48,990 bases of DNA, from assembly GCA_963693635.1 (NCBI GenBank), contig CAVOBC010000001.1, positions 1-48,990 of the forward strand, in the 5' to 3' direction. Position 1 is the first letter of the stretch. Every line of letters begins with the position of its first letter. The notes below the pieces were generated by a model, which did not search any database, had not been told where the DNA came from, and saw only the letters and a list, made by a program, of their open reading frames with translations. The stretch is from Gammaproteobacteria bacterium. Lineage in GTDB: Bacteria > Pseudomonadota > Gammaproteobacteria > Pseudomonadales > Azotimanducaceae. The translations under genes were made by a program, and so were the position numbers. Positions 38,201 to 46,971 of the stretch are shown here, piece by piece.

Positions 38201-41200
38201 GGCAGGTCCACGGCTTCTGCAGGCGTAGACGATGCAGCCGCCGCAGGGCCGCCAATCGCAGGCGCCGACGTCATTGATTCCAGGTCGTCCACCGATGCAG
38301 TTCCGTCCCGCACCCGGCCAAATATCTCGATCCGTCGGATAATTTCATCCTGATATTCGAGCAGCTGCGTAAAGAACCCATCGTCGATTTGCTGGGGGTT
38401 CGCCTCGAGCCCGATCAGAAAAGACTCCACGTTGTGCGCGTACTCACCAAGGCTGAGCAGCCCGGCCATCCGTGCGCTGCCTTTGAGTGTGTGCAGGTGC
38501 CGAAGCAGCATCTCCAACGGATCTTTAGAGTCAGGTTCGTCGTTCCAGCCCTGGACCGCGAGGTCGATGCTTTCGAGCAAGTCTTCCGACTCCTCGATGA
38601 AGATCGGCAGGATGTCTGGATCAATGTCATCACCAGGAAGTGCAACTCGCGCCGCGCCGGCATCCACCACATCTGTCGACGGCGATGTTGCTGGAACCGC
38701 TCCCTCACGCTCTGTTTCCGGGCGCCGTGTCTCTTCAGGTTCTGCTTCTTGTACTTCCTCAGGTACCACTTCTACTTCGTACGCGGCGTGCGCCTGGCCC
38801 CGTGTGTTCAATTCGCCTTCAAGGTCGTCGTATACGGTGAGCGGCAACCCAGCTTCGAGCTCTTCCACCTGGGCGCGGAGCGCGACGCGCACCACGTTCA
38901 GCAGATCCGCGTCCGCCGATGCTGCGGCCACATCGCCGGCAGCGAAGGCGCCAACGAGATGTATCGCCGCTTCGGTCAATTGCATCGTGGCAATGAGTTC
39001 GAGGTTCCCTGCCATCTCCTGGATCGATGCGAGCATTCGATTAATGTCGCTGGCACCCGTCGGACTCGTTCCATCGCGACGCCACGAATCGATGCGATTT
39101 CCCAACTCGTCAATCAGAGGGATCAGCGGGCTGGGGCCAGCCACGTCGGCGTCCAGATCCTCCAGCGCCACCTCTACCATCTCAAGGTCGTCAAGATCCT
39201 TGATGATGTTGTCGTTCAAAACCAGCGACTGGCTCGAAGCGATCTGATCCATTAGCAAAATCAGGGCTTCGTGGCCCTGGATCATCAGCGTCACAATGGC
39301 GTCTTCCGGGCGGGCGTCGACCTCGCCGAATGAACCGAGCAGGCTCGTCGCCAGCTCAGACACTTCATACATTCCCGTCGCTTCTGCCTGGTTCAGGATC
39401 GCCTGTACCTCGTCAACCAGCATCGGTAGCAACTTGCCGTCCCACCGGTGGAGGATCTGATCGACTTGCGGCAGCAGGCGAATATTCTCGAAATTGAAGC
39501 GGGGCGCGCTTGGCACGGCATCCGCGAGTAGCGCAGTGATCTGGCCTGTAAACGCATCGATGCCCGGCGCATCCTCGCGATATTCGCCGAGGTTGCCCAG
39601 AATTAACTCGACAAGCTCAACACTCTGGCGCGCGAGCGCCACAAAACGCTGGTCGGGCGGCTGGCCCGTTGAGTAAAGCAGATTCGACGCTTCTTCAAGC
39701 GGTCCTGCCACCCGGGAGATCGAGGGAATCCCTGCGACCGCTGCGCTGCCTTTCAGCGTGTGAAAGGCAGCAATCAACCGTTCTGAAACGAGGACCGGTG
39801 AGCGGCAGAAATCACTGATGACGACAGTGAGATCAGCGGCTTCTTCGCGAAATATCGGCACCAGCTCATCGGTGCCGTCATCCTCGTCGATGACCTGCCC
39901 TTCAATGTCTTGCTCTTCTGCAGATGCCTGATCGTCCGCTGACAACTCATCGTCGAGCGACAGTTCATCCATCTCGAAATCGTCCGCCAGATCGATCTTT
40001 AACACGCCTTCGGTCGCATCAACCGTCAGCGTCAGGTCGTCCGCCGCCAACCCATCATCTGAAGCGTCGAACTCAATGGTCTCGTCGACACCCACACCTG
40101 GGACAGAAACCGTCAGGTCATCGATGGCGAACTCATCGGCGTCGACATCGTCCAACTCAAACGCTTCGATAATCGGTTCCTCAGCGCTCTCTTCGTCAAT
40201 TTCAAGGCTCCCCTCGTCCAGCGAGAACGCGGCGTCATCAAGTTCCTCAACGACGGCGTCCGTGCTGTCTTCAACGGCCGCTTCGGGAACGTCTTCCAGA
40301 ACAACTTCCAACTCAAAGTCAGGTTCGACGCCAACATCTGGCGATGTCTCTTCCGCCACCTCAGGTACGGCCGCGATCACTTCGTCGATGACAAACTCAT
40401 CGGCGTCGACTTCGTCTAACTCGAACGCGTCGGCCTCAATTTCGACTTCGGGCAGAACCTCCTGCACCTCAGCCTGGTCAGGAATCGCTGGCTCTGTCGC
40501 CTGCTCATCGGGCGTGGTGTCCGGCAATCCCTCACTGATGCGTTCCGCTCTCGCAGCCAGATCGCTATAGTCAACCGCATGCTGATTGCGGTCCTCAAAC
40601 GCTTTTACCCCCGGCGGGATTCGTTCAATGACCTCATCAAGCAACACCATCAACGGCGGCGCGGCAGCAATTGTCTGGTCAAGGACGCGGTTCAGCATGT
40701 TCTCGATGGACCAGGCCATCTCCCCAACGACCGTCGCGCCCACCATGCGACCACTACCCTTGAGCGTGTGGAAACCACGACGGAGCTCGGCCAGGGCGTC
40801 TTCGTTGCCTGAGTCTGCCCGCCATGGCGGGAAATACTCGTTAATGGTCTCCATCACCTCGGTAGCTTCTTCGATGAAGATCTCAAGAATTTCATCGTCG
40901 ATGAGATCGTTATCTTCTTCAGCGGCTGCCGCTATTGGTGTGTCATCAATTACAGGAGTGATCGCTCCCGCTGAAGGCTCTTCTTTCGCTGAAGGCTCTT
41001 TATCCGCTGACGGCTCCTCTCCCGCTGGAGGCTCTACAATCGGCGGGCTAATCATCACCGCGTCTGTTTTAGTTTCGCTGGTCGTCAACGCCTCTACCGG
41101 GAGGTCATCGAGCGATGGCTCTTCAACATCAATCTCTTCATCATCTGCCGGCGCCACGACCGGTTCGGCGACGACGGCGGTCTTGTCCAGAATCTCTTCC

Positions 41201-43005
41201 AACGCTACTTCGACCGGCTCCGACGTTTCCCCTTCCGCAGGCGCTTTACCGGCCGCAGGCGCTTCATCAGCCGCGGGCGCTTTATCAGCCGCAGGCGCTT
41301 GGTCCCAGGAGTCGTTCGCTTCGTGCTCGAGAACCATCTCGACCGGATAGCCAAGTTTGCTGATGGCGTTCTCTGCCACCTCGATCATCTGCAGATACAG
41401 GTCTTGCGTGCTCTCCAGCAAGCGCTCAAGAAAATAGTCGACGCTGGTTATCGCATCGGCAAAGTTGTCCATCTCTTCGAGTTCGGGCTGGCGACTGCCG
41501 TTGACGAGCTCTCGCGCGGCATAGCGACTGCATGCCAGCAGCACATCCGCACACCGCTGCTGGTTCACAATCGTGAGGCCGCCGCGCAATACCTGTAATT
41601 CGCCGGGAAGCCCGCTTATCTTACCGCGATCCCAGTCACTCGAAATGAATTCGATGACCGCGTCTTTAGATTGGGCAAGACCGTTTCGCGTTTCGCGGAT
41701 GACCGCCGACCGGGCTTCATCCAGATCACCAAAGACTTCAGACTCGCTACCCTCATCGCGCTCGTTCGCGAGCGGCGCAAGTTTCGCTTCGATTTCAAGC
41801 AGCGCGCCAGCGATCTCCAGAAAATCCTCTTCCGACGGCTCCGTGCCTCCCTCGTTCAACGACGTAATTCGAGTGATCTGCGCTTCAAGCGTGATCTGAT
41901 GTTCCGGCATGCCCACGACCGTCATCGTGCCGACGAGCTGCTCAAGGGTCGGTACGAGGGCAAACAACTCCTCCGGCGAGCGACCAGCCGATCGTACGTA
42001 CAGATCGAGTTTGTCGGTGATCGTCTTCAATTCCTGCAGCAGGATGTCAACGACCGCGGCGATCGTCTCATCGTCGGCCGAGGTCGCAACGCTCGGTTCC
42101 GCCGCCGCTGGAGCACTCGCCTTAGCTGCCGCAACGTCAATGGCGGCCTGCATGCGTGGAGTCGTCTTCGCCGCATTGCGAACGGGCGCCATCAGTGACT
42201 CAACCAGCGCCTCCTCAACCTCGGCAGTCAACCCGTCGGCGCCACCAGCAACCAGAGCCTTGAAGGGTCTGTCGACCTGCTTGAGCGCATTGCCGAGGGG
42301 CCGGTCCAGTTTTATCGCGCCAGCCAGAACGCCTTCGACAACACCCACTACAACAGTCGCCAACGAACCGACCGGCGACGTCCCGGTCAGCTTGGCGACG
42401 CGCGCAAATACCTTGGCCATGTTGCTGAGGTTTTGCTTCGGGTTCTTGCGATCGAGCAACGCGAGTAGTGACTGTTGAAAATGGGCGCGCAGCTTCTTCG
42501 CTGCTGCCGGTCCGTTTGCAGCGACATATGCCGCGACAACTTCGTCTGCCGCGGGCGTCGCAAACACTGACGCCGTAGCGTCGCCGCCTGCGGCAGCCTC
42601 GCCCAGAACCGGCTCTTCGCCGCGAGCGACGCGCAGCCGGTTAATGATAGGAATTCGTACGCCTGGTGCGTCAGCCTGCTCACGATGCACGACGTCAAGG
42701 TAAGACGGCATCTGCAGGATCGCCTGCATCAACACTTCCTGGGCGTCGTTCACATCGCCAACGCTCTGATTCATCAGATTATGGGCGAGAAACTCCATCT
42801 CCTCAGCAACCTGACTGGGACCTTCGAGGCCGACCATCCGCAACGTGCCGCGGATCTGGTGGATCGACGTGAGACAAGCCCTCATGCTGGACGCGTCGTC
42901 AGCAGTCTCAGCAACAGCTTCGAGGGCATGCTGTGCCTGCTGGAGCGTCGTGCAGATCTCACCCTTGATCCAGTCTAACGCTACATATTCTTGCGAAGCG
43001 CTCAT
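35251..43005 (-). CDS. chpA: ChpA, multi-Hpt hybrid CheA-type histidine kinase of the Pil-Chp system
   Basis: The 2584-aa ORF has six Hpt modules with histidines at about aa 49 (SIHQIRG), 746 (GFHTLKGSGRMVG), 1082 (AFHTLKGSAAVAG), 1505, 1709 and 1860 (LHTLKG...MAG). It also has an HATPase_c domain (DHGIE...DDGGGI...GRGVGMD), a CheW domain (aa ~2300-2440) and a C-terminal receiver (VLIVDDS...LLDIEMPKMDG...KP). Confidence 0.9.
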   Translation of the reverse strand: MSASQEYVALDWIKGEICTTLQQAQHALEAVAETADDASSMRACLTSIHQIRGTLRMVGLEGPSQVAEEMEFLAHNLMNQSVGDVNDAQEVLMQAILQMPSYLDVVHREQADAPGVRIPIINRLRVARGEEPVLGEAAAGGDATASVFATPAADEVVAAYVAANGPAAAKKLRAHFQQSLLALLDRKNPKQNLSNMAKVFARVAKLTGTSPVGSLATVVVGVVEGVLAGAIKLDRPLGNALKQVDRPFKALVAGGADGLTAEVEEALVESLMAPVRNAAKTTPRMQAAIDVAAAKASAPAAAEPSVATSADDETIAAVVDILLQELKTITDKLDLYVRSAGRSPEELFALVPTLEQLVGTMTVVGMPEHQITLEAQITRITSLNEGGTEPSEEDFLEIAGALLEIEAKLAPLANERDEGSESEVFGDLDEARSAVIRETRNGLAQSKDAVIEFISSDWDRGKISGLPGELQVLRGGLTIVNQQRCADVLLACSRYAARELVNGSRQPELEEMDNFADAITSVDYFLERLLESTQDLYLQMIEVAENAISKLGYPVEMVLEHEANDSWDQAPAADKAPAADEAPAAGKAPAEGETSEPVEVALEEILDKTAVVAEPVVAPADDEEIDVEEPSLDDLPVEALTTSETKTDAVMISPPIVEPPAGEEPSADKEPSAKEEPSAGAITPVIDDTPIAAAAEEDNDLIDDEILEIFIEEATEVMETINEYFPPWRADSGNEDALAELRRGFHTLKGSGRMVGATVVGEMAWSIENMLNRVLDQTIAAAPPLMVLLDEVIERIPPGVKAFEDRNQHAVDYSDLAARAERISEGLPDTTPDEQATEPAIPDQAEVQEVLPEVEIEADAFELDEVDADEFVIDEVIAAVPEVAEETSPDVGVEPDFELEVVLEDVPEAAVEDSTDAVVEELDDAAFSLDEGSLEIDEESAEEPIIEAFELDDVDADEFAIDDLTVSVPGVGVDETIEFDASDDGLAADDLTLTVDATEGVLKIDLADDFEMDELSLDDELSADDQASAEEQDIEGQVIDEDDGTDELVPIFREEAADLTVVISDFCRSPVLVSERLIAAFHTLKGSAAVAGIPSISRVAGPLEEASNLLYSTGQPPDQRFVALARQSVELVELILGNLGEYREDAPGIDAFTGQITALLADAVPSAPRFNFENIRLLPQVDQILHRWDGKLLPMLVDEVQAILNQAEATGMYEVSELATSLLGSFGEVDARPEDAIVTLMIQGHEALILLMDQIASSQSLVLNDNIIKDLDDLEMVEVALEDLDADVAGPSPLIPLIDELGNRIDSWRRDGTSPTGASDINRMLASIQEMAGNLELIATMQLTEAAIHLVGAFAAGDVAAASADADLLNVVRVALRAQVEELEAGLPLTVYDDLEGELNTRGQAHAAYEVEVVPEEVQEAEPEETRRPETEREGAVPATSPSTDVVDAGAARVALPGDDIDPDILPIFIEESEDLLESIDLAVQGWNDEPDSKDPLEMLLRHLHTLKGSARMAGLLSLGEYAHNVESFLIGLEANPQQIDDGFFTQLLEYQDEIIRRIEIFGRVRDGTASVDDLESMTSAPAIGGPAAAASSTPAEAVDLPEPTPEARPDASPKPSPETVGASVEMDMPAVTEEIAVEAASDRASDAAAAEPAGLDVALPADDVDEDILPIFLEETEELLEGIDLSIQAWCDAPNQTDAFDVLQRHLHTLKGGSRMAGLNSLGEFTHNVESVLIGLQTNPVPLDDAFFVRLHEYQDEITRRVEIYTRFVRGDASPEEVASMAAAPADVAGETSTGVSTTAPDAASEVMALPADAVDDDILPIFLEETEELLEGIDQSILDWTGSTETAEHLDNLLRQLHTLKGGSWMAGLNSLGQYTHIFETFLIGVQQKPPALDDVFFGLLNQRQGEISRRVGIYKKLAAGDATEDQLSSMTGADTTVTPPSAVPAASEVPAAAPKRDAPKRDAPKSDGRADAQEMVRVSSDLLEDLIGLAGESSITRGRVEQQISGFSDSLEEMEATINRVRDQVRRLEIEAESRETLIRSQTAQVDEFDELEMDRYTLLQEISRSLNEGTADMMDLKDTLANKSRDAETSLRQQARIGGELQEGLTRTRMVPFARLIPRLRRIVRKISAEVGKSVRFDAFNVEGELDRSVLDRIVAPLEHMLRNAVDHGIEESDKRIAAGKPETGRISLRLDREGAYVLLQISDDGGGIGVGRVREKAIERGLIKAEDNVPDHDVMQYIMHAGFSTAQKVTQISGRGVGMDVVSSGIKQLGGTVTIDSTLGVGTEFTIRLPFTVSVNRALMIEVRDDTYAVPLNSIEGIVRVSPYELEAYYQPDAPMFEYAGQPYKLAYMGRLLDNGDDPVFDGQIRPLPVLLVRSGGEAVALQVDHVLDSKEVVAKSLGPQFSEVRGVSGATILGDGSVVIILDVMALVRSSAGILEQAPVEVEDEHAPTPDTNHVKTVLIVDDSVTVRKVTSRLMERQGWEVETAKDGLDAVEQLQEIYPDVVLLDIEMPKMDGFEVLRTVRRDERLKDLPIIMITSRTGEKHMQQALDLGVNRYLGKPFQEASLLSTIEEVLAETSG

Positions 43006-43038
43006 GCCGTCATACCTTAATGAGTGAGGATTGCCGCA

Positions 43039-45030
43039 CTACTCCGGAAGCTTGAATCCCGTCACAGACGAACGAAGCTCATCGGTCATCTCCGCCAATT
43101 TGCCGACTGAAGTAGCCGTAGCTCGCGTGCCCTCGGTCGTTTGCGAGGTGATCTCCTGGATGCTCTTCATCGTGTTGGAGATACGGCCCGCGGAGGCCGC
43201 TTGCTGCCGTGCTGCATCCGAGATGTTCTCGATGTTCTCTGCCAGCGACTTCGAAACACCTTCGATCTCGCCCAGGGCGACACCCGCATCCTCAGCCAGC
43301 TTCGTTCCCTGCACCACCTCCGCGGTCGCCTGCTCCATGGAGGTCACCGCTTCATTCGTGTCGCTCTGAATGGTTTTAACCAGCGCCGAGATCTGCTTGG
43401 CGGCCGCACCAGATCGCTCCGCCAGGCGCTGCACTTCGTCGGCGACCACCGCAAACCCTTTGCCCGCGTCTCCAGCCATCGATGCCTGGATGGCCGCGTT
43501 CAAAGACAGGATGTTCGTCTGGTCTGCGATGTCGTTGATGAGCGCGACGATGTCGCCGATTTCCTGTGAGCTTTCACCCAGTCGCTTGATCCGCTTGGCT
43601 GTCTCCTGGATCTGACCGCGAATTTGCTCCATGCCGTCGATCGTGTTCTGGACCACCGAGGCACCGTTGTTGGCGATGTCCACCGAGCGCTCGGCAACAG
43701 CGAAGGACTCGGCTGCGTTGTATGACACCCGGTCGATCGACACCGCCATTTTATTCACAGACTCGGATACATCCGCAATCTCGCTCGCCTGACGCTGTGA
43801 TGCGTCTGATAACACGCCCATCGACTCGCGTGTATCGGTCGCCGCCCCGGACACGGTTTTGGATGTCTCATTGATCTTGGAGACCAGCGCACGGGTCTGA
43901 TCGATAGAAAAATTGATCGAATCGGCAATGGCACCGGTAAAACTCTCGGTGACGGTCGCCTGCACGGTCAAGTCGCCATCGGCGAGGTCAGCCAATTCAT
44001 CCAGCAACTGCACGATGGCTGCCTGATGTTGCTCGTGTTCGACCCCGGACTCGGCAACATTGCGCCCCGCTTGACGCGCGATGACGCCGATTGTTGCCAT
44101 CACGAGAATCAGCGTAAGGGTGCCGAGGCCAGCCGCCACCATTGACGAGGCAATGATCGGCATCGGCGATGACCGGTATGCGCCGAGCGCGATGTCGACG
44201 CCATCCGGAACGGCCGCGGATCCGATGTATAGCTGATCGGCGGCGGCCTTTACGCTGGCGACATCACCACCGCGGGACAACATGGCGTCGACGCGTGAGC
44301 GCACACCAGTGAACTCCGCGTCGATCTTGGCCAGGCTGTCCATTGCAGCTTTGTCCCCAACCGCGCCACTGCCAAGCCCGTCCAGTACGCGTTTGAAGGT
44401 ATCGACATCACGCGTGAAGTTCTCGCTGAAGTTGTCGTTGCTGGAAAGCTCGACAATCTGGTCAACCGAACGCGCCATCCGCTCGATCAAATAGGACTGC
44501 CGCTGCGCCTGGGCGACCTGGGTCGCGCTCGCTCCCGTCTGCAACAGCCGTCGGACTACATTTTCATTCTGATCCAGAATCTGGGCCATGCTTACGGCCA
44601 GATCGATTCGCAACTCATCGACAATCGCCAGGCTCTCCTGCTTGCCGAGTACGACATCAATGTGATTACTTTGGCTGTCCCACAGGGTTTCGAGCTCGCT
44701 GACCCGGCCCGCGACCGCGCCTGTCGGTGCTGCAAGACCCTTGACCGCATGGCCGTCCCGAAGATACGCCATCATCGTGTCGCCACGGCGCCTGGCTTGC
44801 GCCAGCGAACCGATCGACCCATTCGTTCCCTGGGCTGCCCCCTTGGCGTGCTTGGCGACCTCCTGAGAGATCGCCTTCATTTCACTGCTGTAGTCCGCGA
44901 AGAGCATTCGTCGAGCCTGCTCCTGCTGCGCGAGAAACAGATTGCCGACGACGCCGGCCCCGAGGACCAGCATACCGAGGATCATCACCAGTACCGCGGG
45001 ACTCCGGGTTACATTTGGGTTCTCTGCCAT
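43039..45030 (-). CDS. pilJ: methyl-accepting chemotaxis protein PilJ
   Basis: The 663-aa protein has an N-terminal TM helix, a large periplasmic PilJ-type domain, a second TM helix, a HAMP domain and the MCP signalling hairpin [40 protein letters not shown]. Confidence 0.9.
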   Translation of the reverse strand: MAENPNVTRSPAVLVMILGMLVLGAGVVGNLFLAQQEQARRMLFADYSSEMKAISQEVAKHAKGAAQGTNGSIGSLAQARRRGDTMMAYLRDGHAVKGLAAPTGAVAGRVSELETLWDSQSNHIDVVLGKQESLAIVDELRIDLAVSMAQILDQNENVVRRLLQTGASATQVAQAQRQSYLIERMARSVDQIVELSSNDNFSENFTRDVDTFKRVLDGLGSGAVGDKAAMDSLAKIDAEFTGVRSRVDAMLSRGGDVASVKAAADQLYIGSAAVPDGVDIALGAYRSSPMPIIASSMVAAGLGTLTLILVMATIGVIARQAGRNVAESGVEHEQHQAAIVQLLDELADLADGDLTVQATVTESFTGAIADSINFSIDQTRALVSKINETSKTVSGAATDTRESMGVLSDASQRQASEIADVSESVNKMAVSIDRVSYNAAESFAVAERSVDIANNGASVVQNTIDGMEQIRGQIQETAKRIKRLGESSQEIGDIVALINDIADQTNILSLNAAIQASMAGDAGKGFAVVADEVQRLAERSGAAAKQISALVKTIQSDTNEAVTSMEQATAEVVQGTKLAEDAGVALGEIEGVSKSLAENIENISDAARQQAASAGRISNTMKSIQEITSQTTEGTRATATSVGKLAEMTDELRSSVTGFKLPE

Positions 45031-45162
45031 TGTCTTCGATTTGCCCCAATTATGATTATTGTAGGTCCCGTGCCAGGGTCTGCATTTATTAAGTATTTTG
45101 CCTCAACGTCACCGTTGTGGCCGCGATCCCCATTCAGGCGGGCCCTTTCACTCTCGGACTCG

Positions 45163-45753
45163 TCAGACCGAGAGCTTCTCGAACACCGGGTCCGCAATCA
45201 GCTTCGCAAAACTGAGGACCGGCCAAACAGTGCCCGCAACCTGATACGAGCCCTCCAGGAACGGCTTGAACATCTCATCCACATCCTCGACAGTTTCACT
45301 GAATGACTCACTTGGAAAATGTTGCATACCCAGGGACTCGTCGACCAGATAGCCAAAGTAGTACTCGTCGCTCTCAATCACCAGTACTCGCCGCTGAGCG
45401 CGAGGCAAATGCGACGAGTGACTGAAGAACATCGCCAGGTCCAGAATTGCCATCAATCGCCCACGCACGCTGGCAATGCCGATTACGAAGCTCTTGACCC
45501 CCGGAAGTCGGGTCGAAGTAGGCACCCGCGCGAGTTCTGCAACGTCGTTCATTGGCGCGACGAAGCGCTGCCCGAGAAGACTGAATCCGACGCCCCTCCA
45601 ATGGCTCTGCGCATCCGCCTTCGGTGGTAACGGGCTCGCCACCTCCTGGCTGCGAATCGCCATCTCGACAAGTTGTTCGTAAGGCCCAGCATCCATCGCT
45701 GCACTCCGCTGTATCGCTGCTTCTTTCATGGCAAAAAACTGACCAAATGCCAC
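45163..45753 (-). CDS. pilI: CheW-like protein PilI
   Basis: It has a CheW domain (WRGVGFSLLGQRFVAPMNDVAEL...IGIASVRGRLMAILDL). The first codon is GTG at 45753 and ATG 45729 is an alternative. Confidence 0.8.
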   Translation of the reverse strand: MAFGQFFAMKEAAIQRSAAMDAGPYEQLVEMAIRSQEVASPLPPKADAQSHWRGVGFSLLGQRFVAPMNDVAELARVPTSTRLPGVKSFVIGIASVRGRLMAILDLAMFFSHSSHLPRAQRRVLVIESDEYYFGYLVDESLGMQHFPSESFSETVEDVDEMFKPFLEGSYQVAGTVWPVLSFAKLIADPVFEKLSV

Positions 45754-45916
45754 CTTTCTCTTTTAGCTGTAACACGTGCCCCGCCTTATGAGGGTGTGTT
45801 CCCTTGCCCCACCTGTCGCAATGTATGTCTCTCTACGCCTCTCGGCATGTCTCTTGCCAATGCGGCCCTCACGGCTCCGCGCTTCCAAACCTCTCGCTAC
45901 GACAAGGTGCCTCTCT

Positions 45917-45955
45917 CCTTCTGCCCGCCTTCTGCCTGCCTGCCTTCTGCCTGCC
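45917..45955. repeat. short CT-rich direct repeats (ccttctgcc x3) in the pilH-pilI spacer
   Basis: Copies lie at 45917, 45928 and 45943. The whole 224-nt spacer is strongly purine-rich on the transcribed (minus) strand. Confidence 0.8.
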
Positions 45956-45977
45956 GTGCGGCGTCGCGAGCGGTCGG

Positions 45978-46337
45978 CTAGATGAGCGAACTCATGAGCG
46001 TGACCAACTCTTGCTGATCGACCGGCTTGGTGATGTAACCCTTGGCCCCCTGCCGCTCGCCCCACACTTTGTCCGCCTCCTGGCTCTTGCTACTGATGAT
46101 GACGACCGGGATGTGCTGGGTATCCTGGCCGCGACATATCTGTCGGGTTGCCTGAAATCCATTCATGTCCGGCATGACGATGTCCATCAGGACGAGGTCC
46201 GGCTGTTCGGCAGACGCCAGCGCAACACCGTCACGGCCATTGTCAGCGATGATCACATCGTGCCCCAGCCCTTCTAGCATGCCCTTGAAGAAATGTACCT
46301 GCGTGGGCGAATCGTCTACCACCAAGACTTTGGCCAT
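45978..46337 (-). CDS. pilH: single-domain response regulator PilH
   Basis: The 119-aa CheY-like protein contains KVLVVDDS, LVLMDIVMPDMNG and ITKP, and starts 11 nt after pilG. Confidence 0.85.
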   Translation of the reverse strand: MAKVLVVDDSPTQVHFFKGMLEGLGHDVIIADNGRDGVALASAEQPDLVLMDIVMPDMNGFQATRQICRGQDTQHIPVVIISSKSQEADKVWGERQGAKGYITKPVDQQELVTLMSSLI

Positions 46338-46348
46338 CAGCTCTTCCC

Positions 46349-46732
46349 CTATGCCTTGACGTGGTCGCGGATTGCGCTGAGAAGCTCGTCTTTACTAAAC
46401 GGCTTGGTCAGGTACTGGTCTGAACCCACAATGCGTCCCTTGGCCCGGTCAAAAAGACCGTCTTTGCTGGAAAGCATGACAACCGGCGTGCTCTGAAACG
46501 CAGTGTTGTTCTTGATAAGAGCACAGGTTTGATACCCGTCGAGTCGGGGCATCATGATGTCGACAAAAATAATCGAGGGCTGGTTGTCGGCAATCTTTGA
46601 AAGTGCATCGAAACCGTCGGTCGCTGTGATTACTTCACAGCCAGCCTTGGTCAGCAACGTCTCCGCCGTTCGGCGAATGGTCTTGCTGTCGTCAATGACC
46701 AGGACCTTGACGCCTTCGAAATTGTCATCCAT
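46349..46732 (-). CDS. pilG: single-domain response regulator PilG
   Basis: The 127-aa CheY-like protein contains KVLVIDDSKTIR, IIFVDIMMPRLDG and LTKP. It is the first gene of the cluster and is divergent from gshB, as in P. aeruginosa. Confidence 0.85.
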   Translation of the reverse strand: MDDNFEGVKVLVIDDSKTIRRTAETLLTKAGCEVITATDGFDALSKIADNQPSIIFVDIMMPRLDGYQTCALIKNNTAFQSTPVVMLSSKDGLFDRAKGRIVGSDQYLTKPFSKDELLSAIRDHVKA

Positions 46733-46971
46733 AAGCTCTCACCCAAGCCTATAAAAAAGCATCCCTGCCAACGGTTTGCACGGCTTTTGTAACATAGTTG
46801 ATGAACTCAATCCATAAGTACCGGGCGGCCGGTGGGATTGCGCCGGACCCGGCAAAAATGGGTTTACAATGTGCCGCTAGCGGGGCGCTGCTGACGATAT
46901 AAGACCGGTATGAATCTGAGCCAGCAACCGCGTGACACCCAATTATAGACTGCCAGCAAGGAACCTCCCCG

